Source: Dimargaris cristalligena
Taxonomy: Eukaryota
Length of the DNA: 26,978 bases
NCBI GenBank assembly: GCA_003614675.1
Contig: ML002213.1
Coordinates: forward strand, 62,001 to 88,978
Reading direction: 5' to 3'
Positions 21,161 to 26,978 of this stretch are shown here, piece by piece. Numbering within the stretch: the stretch's first letter is position 1; each line of letters begins with the position of its first letter. The notes below the pieces were generated by a model, which worked only from the letters and a program-made list of their open reading frames with translations, did no database searches and was not told the DNA's origin. The position numbers and the translations under genes are program-made.

Positions 21161-22496
21161 TTATTTTTTCCCGAGAATATGGGGTCGCTGCTCCCAGAAT
21201 TTGTTTTTAATAATGTCCTCGTGGACCACAACGGTCCGCATTTTGCGTTTCTTCCGGATCTCCCCGGTGGCTTTGTCGGTGTGCTCTTCTTCGACCTATC
21301 CATGGATAACCCACCATTAAGATTAGGTAGATTCCAAACCAAGAACCAAAAGAAATGGGTGAGTAAAGTGGCTGATTTGGTCTTGTAGAGCCAACTAACA
21401 TAATTTAACAAGCCCAGATTATACCAATATATAGGTATGCACTTACGTAGTCGCGAACGATAATGGAGCCCTTCCTGAAAATACTCGGCAATTTGTTGTA
21501 GTTGATACCAAATTTGGTAAATAGCATTTCATTTTTATCTGCCGAGAGAGTTCCCTGTGGTTTGATTTAAGTAGTGGGTGTGGAAGGAGAAGGTGTCGGG
21601 TTTAGGTTAGCATGTCTACACATAAGTAGAGAATGGGGGAGTACATCTGGTCGACGGTGTATTAATATACGTTGTTGTTGTTGTTTTGGCCAACACGGGC
21701 ATATCAATACGTATAATATCGGCTGATGCACTCCAGTAAGATCGGTAAAACTTACCATTAGCTCGCGTTCGGCATCGACAGTCGACTTGCCCGACTGCAC
21801 TAGGGTCCAGAAACATGTATTGTAAAGATTGTTGATGTGGCCTAGACAAGATTCAAGAATAGTTGTTACCAAAAAGGGGCATAAATTAGGGTTAGCAATA
21901 GACCAGATAAGTACATGTAGGTAAGGTCCTAACCATTGAAGGTGGAGAGAGACCCGGAGTACTACCCCTCCCCTCCTCCACTCTTAGTACTTGCACTGAA
22001 GAGCCATTTCACCCAACGGACAGTCCGCCTCGATATAAAACTTACAGTCGACCTGCCGCCATGCGAGATAGTCGCGTAGAATGGCTTCGGTAGGGTAACA
22101 CACGATTCGCCCGTCGAATGAGGGCGGGTACTTGAGCTGGCGATCGGGGAATACGGTAGGCCAGTAAAACACGTACAGGGACGTGAACAAACTCACAATA
22201 CTCGACACCAATTTCGCCTCCCGGCGGTTAAAGTATTGGGAATTCTCGTGCACGACGAAACTGTATTCGTCGCTCTCGCCGTACGCGAAACAGATGCCCC
22301 CCACTTGGTCGAACACCCCACGCGCGCACCGGTTCATTAGCTCGAGGGCCCGCAGGTCATTGGGCTTTTCGAAATCGTGGGTGGCGGTGAACCGGTGGAA
22401 ACCTTGGCCGTCGATGCGGACGACCAGCCAGGTATGGGGAAGGAAAACGGTCTCGCGTTCGAATTGCTTAACATACTCGTACTTCGACTTGGCCAT
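21161..22496 (-). CDS. THG1: tRNA(His) guanylyltransferase (259 aa; exons 22496-22046, 21841-21756, 21554-21447, 21295-21161)
   Basis: Motifs MAKSKYEYVK, VVRIDGQGFHRF, AYGESDEYSF, PSFDGR, WRQVDCHINNLYNT, DKNEMLF..FGINYN, HEDII..FW. All three GT-AG introns are phase-consistent. Confidence 0.97.
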
Positions 22497-23353
22497 GCGG
22501 GCGTTAAGGCAAGGGAAAGGAGAGGAGCCGAATGCAAGAGAGAACCGAGCAGGTAAAACGAGGCAAAGGGTAGTAATAATAAGAAAATTGAATAGAGTGT
22601 GGGGAGAAGAAGGCCCGAGAGAAGTGGCAACCTATATTGTATAGGTAGTCCAACATAGTATAGTCACCTCCCTCGATTATATACAGCTCACAGAAGACTT
22701 GCAGTTGGCAAATGGGCGTGCGCTCGTTTTCGGTACAGCAAACCACTGCCGCCATTTGTCTTTCATCACAGCTCCTTGCTTATTTCTATTCAAGAACGAA
22801 GGCATTTACTACTGCTGTGCTTACGGTTGCTTATCTGCACTTGTTGATATTGCTCGGCTATAAAATACGGTCTCAATTTAGATGCGCATAGAGGCCATTC
22901 ATTCATTAGCATGTCTTCCAGTACAGGATTTTACCGTGTATGGCCTACTAAGAACTCCTACTATGAGAGAGTGCCCGCATTAAACGGAGTCACTTATAGG
23001 TACCCCCCGGGAGGGTGACTAACATGCCTATGTGCTATATCTATCTTAATCTAGCGCGGTTTACTATGAGCAATCAAGAGGCTGTGTCCCTAAGGAACCA
23101 CTCAGTATGTATAAATTATAGCCCTACATAGGGAACATAGATTCACGTAGATGAGTAACCCCATTAGTAGTTTAATTTAATAATTGGCTATATGGTATTG
23201 TTGATAGAAATAAAGTAGTTGGGTATTGGAAACCCTTACTTCGGTAATAAACCACGGGGTATATAAATACCGAAGTAGGTGTACGGCTTTTTTTTTTTTT
23301 GCGAAGTACGACAAGGGCTCGAGGGAGATGTCTCCCTCACCTCTGAGCATCGA

Positions 23354-25060
23354 TTAACGGCGCCCAGGGGGGCCTCCTTTGCGAATGATGTTGTCAACCT
23401 TCAATGGAGCCGAGAGGGTAGCGGTGGATTGTGAGACCGTCGGATCACGATTAGAGCCCTTGACCACACACCCGATCATGCGGCAGTATTTGACGCAGGT
23501 TGGACTATCCAGTTGCAGTTCCGGGGCAATGGCGTCGATATCCACAATGTAGTTATTAAACAGCAGCACCATGATCAGAATGTAGCAGCGCAGTCTATGG
23601 GTGTCAACATCGGAAATAACCCGCCTGCGAAACCCATCTTCGGTAATGGCTTGGCCCGAGAATTGATTATGCATGCGGGTAACAATCCGGGCCGGCAACA
23701 CATGTTGGGGGTCTTGGCCCGGGTTCCTGGCAAAGAACATGCGACCCTTGCGGGCGAAATGGATGAGGGAGTTCAGATAGATTAGGGCGGCCATGGACTC
23801 GCTGTTCTCCTGACCATTGGCAATAATGGCCTGCACCTTGGACTTTACAAACTTGGATCTATGGTGGATGGTTTGGCAATAGGGGGGACAATACACAAAG
23901 CGAAAGTTAGCCATGGCCAAACAAATAGAAGCGATACATGACCATACGTTAGGTACCCCCCCTCTCTTTCCGCTTCAGAGACATTCCGTCACTATATCTT
24001 ATGAGGAGGGGGGACAATTCTAAGGGTATCGATGATATTTCTAGCTGATTGTGCACTTACAAGAAAAGCGGTTCTCCATGGAACTTCTCTTCGGGCGCAA
24101 CTTCCACACCCTTTTCCGGCTTGGGAGGGTTCAGAACCTCGTCCAAGAATCTTTGGACGGAAATGGACTTCAAATCAGCAGAGCCAATAATGGCACTCAG
24201 TTTGTAAATCTGGGACACGTCCTCGGTAGTACTGTTATACCTGGGCAAAAGCTCGGTTGACCCGTCGTCGTGTACGGTATCTAATGATATTAAAGTAAAT
24301 GGGGATGATCGGGTTAGTTTCCTATATATATATATATATATATATAATTATAAATACCTAGCCTAGAGGGTGGGTGGGTGGGTGAGACCGCAAACAACCA
24401 TGTGCAAACCAGCTGTCTTAAATCACCTCCCTAAATTCTACGGAGGAATAGAATCATCCGGGTGGGTCGGAGGGTTAGGGTTGGAGGACACCTACCTAGG
24501 TTGGCGACATGTACGTCAACGGTCTGAATGGCGCTCTGGACCGCCCCTTCGTTGGTGGTCAGCGTATCGAAATTGAGGCGATTCTTCTCCACGTTCGAAA
24601 GCATCACCTTGGTCCGGCGCGTACCGAACGCCATACCCAGCCGACTATCCATCATCTGACCCGCCGAGGCAGCCGCATTGGAAACATCGTCCGGCATAAG
24701 GTCCTGGAGGCAGGCCGGGACGTTCTTCAGGGCCTTCACCTGGCGGGCAAAAGTCAGGACGGGGGCCTCCTGGAGCTTCACGGTGCGGGTGGCGGGGTCA
24801 TAGACGCCGATCAGGTACTTGCTGAAGAGCGGACTGGCGCGCTGTGACCCGTAGGTGGCCGCGTGGAATTCGACCTTGTCGTTGCCCCCGACCACGACTT
24901 GCTGATGGGCCTTGAGGGGGTCGCGGTTCTGGAACACCTTGAATTGGGTGTCGGGAGCGGGCATGACCCCTGGGAATGAAGCCAGGGCCACGCTGAGGCG
25001 GGGGGTCTTGGCTTGGACCTCCAAGCGCACCTTTTGCTCAGACTTGCGTTTTTCACCCAT
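23354..25060 (-). CDS. RPA49: RNA polymerase I subunit A49 / PAF53 (429 aa; exons 25060-24496, 24280-24061, 23858-23354)
   Basis: A49-family motifs KYLIGVYDP, LGMAFGTRRTK, LLPRYN...IYKLSAII, IGC, ATLSAPL. Introns in phase 1 (GTAGGT..TTAG) and phase 2 (GTAAGT..CATAG) restore one ORF. Confidence 0.9.
24323..24346. repeat. (TA)n microsatellite in RPA49 intron 1
   Basis: About 12 TA units. Shorter simple repeats: (TA)n near 10709, (AG)n near 17678, G run near 11688. Confidence 0.9.
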
Positions 25061-25812
25061 GGTTGAATAGAAGGGACTGATGGCAGGAGTTGAAGGGGGG
25101 ATAGAGTGACTAATGAGATATATAGGAGGAATAAAAGCAAAAAAATCAAAATAGTGGCTCGATTGACTGCACTCTCAACAACAAGTACTAAATGCCAAAA
25201 CCCGGAATCCAAGCAGCCATATGCATAAAAAAAATCGGGAAGCCTGCCTGGGCTTTTGCTGGTGGTGCTCAGTCAACTTCATTGAGAGGATACCACTTAT
25301 ACTGTAGTAGTCTATACTTTGACATAAGTGCCAAAACTCTTGGTCACTCACCATAGCCAAGGGTGTGGTGGATATACTTACTGCCAAACCTTTTAATCTG
25401 GCGGTGCAAAAAATAAAAATTGATTCTGGTATTTTAACGCTAAATTCAAATCATCACTGGCTTTCAACTTGAGAGAATCACGTGACAACGATATCCCGCT
25501 GCGATTGATCCCTCCCTAACCAATATCACACTGGGGAGAGGTTTGTTAGGTTTGGGTGTGTGTGCTATTCAAGCGAAAACCAGCTCAACTTGGCCAATAC
25601 CTTATAATAGTTTCAGCACATACCCAAAACCTCCTCAACACAACCACCGCTCCCAATGTATCCCAGCTTTTAATTGTATCCATATAAAACATTGCGTAAT
25701 ATGCATGCGGCAAATGTATTAAAAATCTGAATAATCGGTCTTGCAAATGGACAGTGGATTATATGGCCGTATTGGACTTCTCTCCGTGGGTAGGACCCAG
25801 TGGTGTCGCTAT

Positions 25813-26106
25813 CTATCGCACGGAAAGTCGAGCACCAGTATTGGTCTGGACCGGGGGAAATTTGCGCACCTTATCCGCCGAGGTATTGGTTTTGCCATCC
25901 TTACTAGTAGTGCCGGCCGGTTTCTCGGTCTTGACACTAGTTCCACTGGGTTTGGCTGCGGTCGGTGGTTGGGGCTTCTTAACACCCGCGGCGACTTGGG
26001 CGTAAGTTCGGGAATCGGTGTGTTGTGCGGGGGCAGCGTTGGCTGCGGGTAGATGGATCAGAGAAAGGAGGCCAATGAAGGCAGCAACGAAAAAGAAAAT
26101 GCGCAT
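25813..26106 (-). CDS. Small secreted Lys/Thr/Pro-rich protein (97 aa)
   Basis: MRIFFFVAAFIGLLSLIHLPAANA-AP is a clear signal peptide with an A-x-A cleavage site. The mature part is cationic and low-complexity. TATATAAATA lies upstream at 26340-26331. The 3' end could be spliced differently. Confidence 0.75.
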   Translation of the reverse strand: MRIFFFVAAFIGLLSLIHLPAANAAPAQHTDSRTYAQVAAGVKKPQPPTAAKPSGTSVKTEKPAGTTSKDGKTNTSADKVRKFPPVQTNTGARLSVR

Positions 26107-26978
26107 GCTTGCAGTGTAAAGTTGAAGGGGGGCCGAACAGAGAGACAATTGGGGAGACCAGGCGAATGCTAGTGAAGAGCGACAGGCTGAAATATGGGCC
26201 GAATTTGATGATAGTGGAGTAAGGCGGAATAGTAAGTAGATGTATGATTTTCTAGAGCAAAATCGAGGGAAACCAATGCAGGAGTGGGTGAGGATGTTAA
26301 TAATATTGTATTTGGGAGAACGGTCGGGGGTATTTATATAGTAACCCGAAAGGCGCTTAAACGACTATTCCCGGTGGCCTCCCCTCCCGCCAGCTCCAAA
26401 TCATGTACAGGGGGTGCCCAAATGAGCACAATAAATCGGCAATGAACTTCACCTGACTTCCTGTTCAATTCAATGTTCTTTGTTGCCACCTCTACGACGG
26501 TTGGGCCCTCCTACTCCTGCCCCATGCCTCGGCCAAGGAAGTTGGCTATACCTTATCCCCCGTTCTTCATTAAACGAATATGAGGTGCTGTGGTCTGAGT
26601 TTGAAGCCAGGGTCGATTGACTCCCTTCTCCCGTCCCCTCCACTTCGTCTGGGCAATGTCTACAACCCTCTTCCCCATCCTTTGTTTACAGACCAGCAAA
26701 TGCGACTATCATGGCTCGCTGTGATCCGCAGCTTCATTTTACTGAACAGGGAGTGGCATGGACGCTCGCCCCAAAGAATACTACGGGCAAGCTGGAATGG
26801 TGAGCCACAGCGTGCGGGTAAATATGAAATAGCGGGGCTTGGTGCGGTGAGGGGAGGGGAAGTTGAAGCATACGCGACTGGTCCGCTGAAAGTGTGGTAT
26901 CTTCAGTATAGATAATCAAATAGGTGACCCGGGCAGGCGATCGCTCTTTATATTTGGCCTTTCAAGTCCGTCGGATGA

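Noticed and set aside
26580-26915. 111-aa plus-strand ORF at the right edge
   Set aside because: No recognisable homology, composition bias or splice support.

Overview
This is eukaryotic, intron-containing DNA. It looks fungal: introns are GT-AG (mostly GTAAG...YAG), about 150-460 nt, with CTAAY branch points. An early-diverging lineage is my inference, not a demonstrated assignment. I rebuilt nine spliced or unspliced genes by hand. Left part (1-7.6 kb): two tandemly duplicated genes for secreted ~420-aa proteins of unknown function, and a 7-TM GPCR-like gene. A 136-bp MITE nested inside a second copy of itself lies upstream of the first paralog. Middle: proteasome alpha-6 (PRE5), whose 456-nt first intron is packed with back-to-back hairpins around a telomerase-template-like 1.5x repeat. 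Next is a ~1.8-kb, almost CpG-free island holding a decayed C2H2 zinc-finger ORF and a 586-bp solo LTR with a 5-bp TSD. Right part: ATP18, NOP9, THG1, RPA49 and a small secreted protein. The most interesting candidates are the structured PRE5 intron (possible undescribed ncRNA), the self-nested MITE and the CpG-depleted zinc-finger island.
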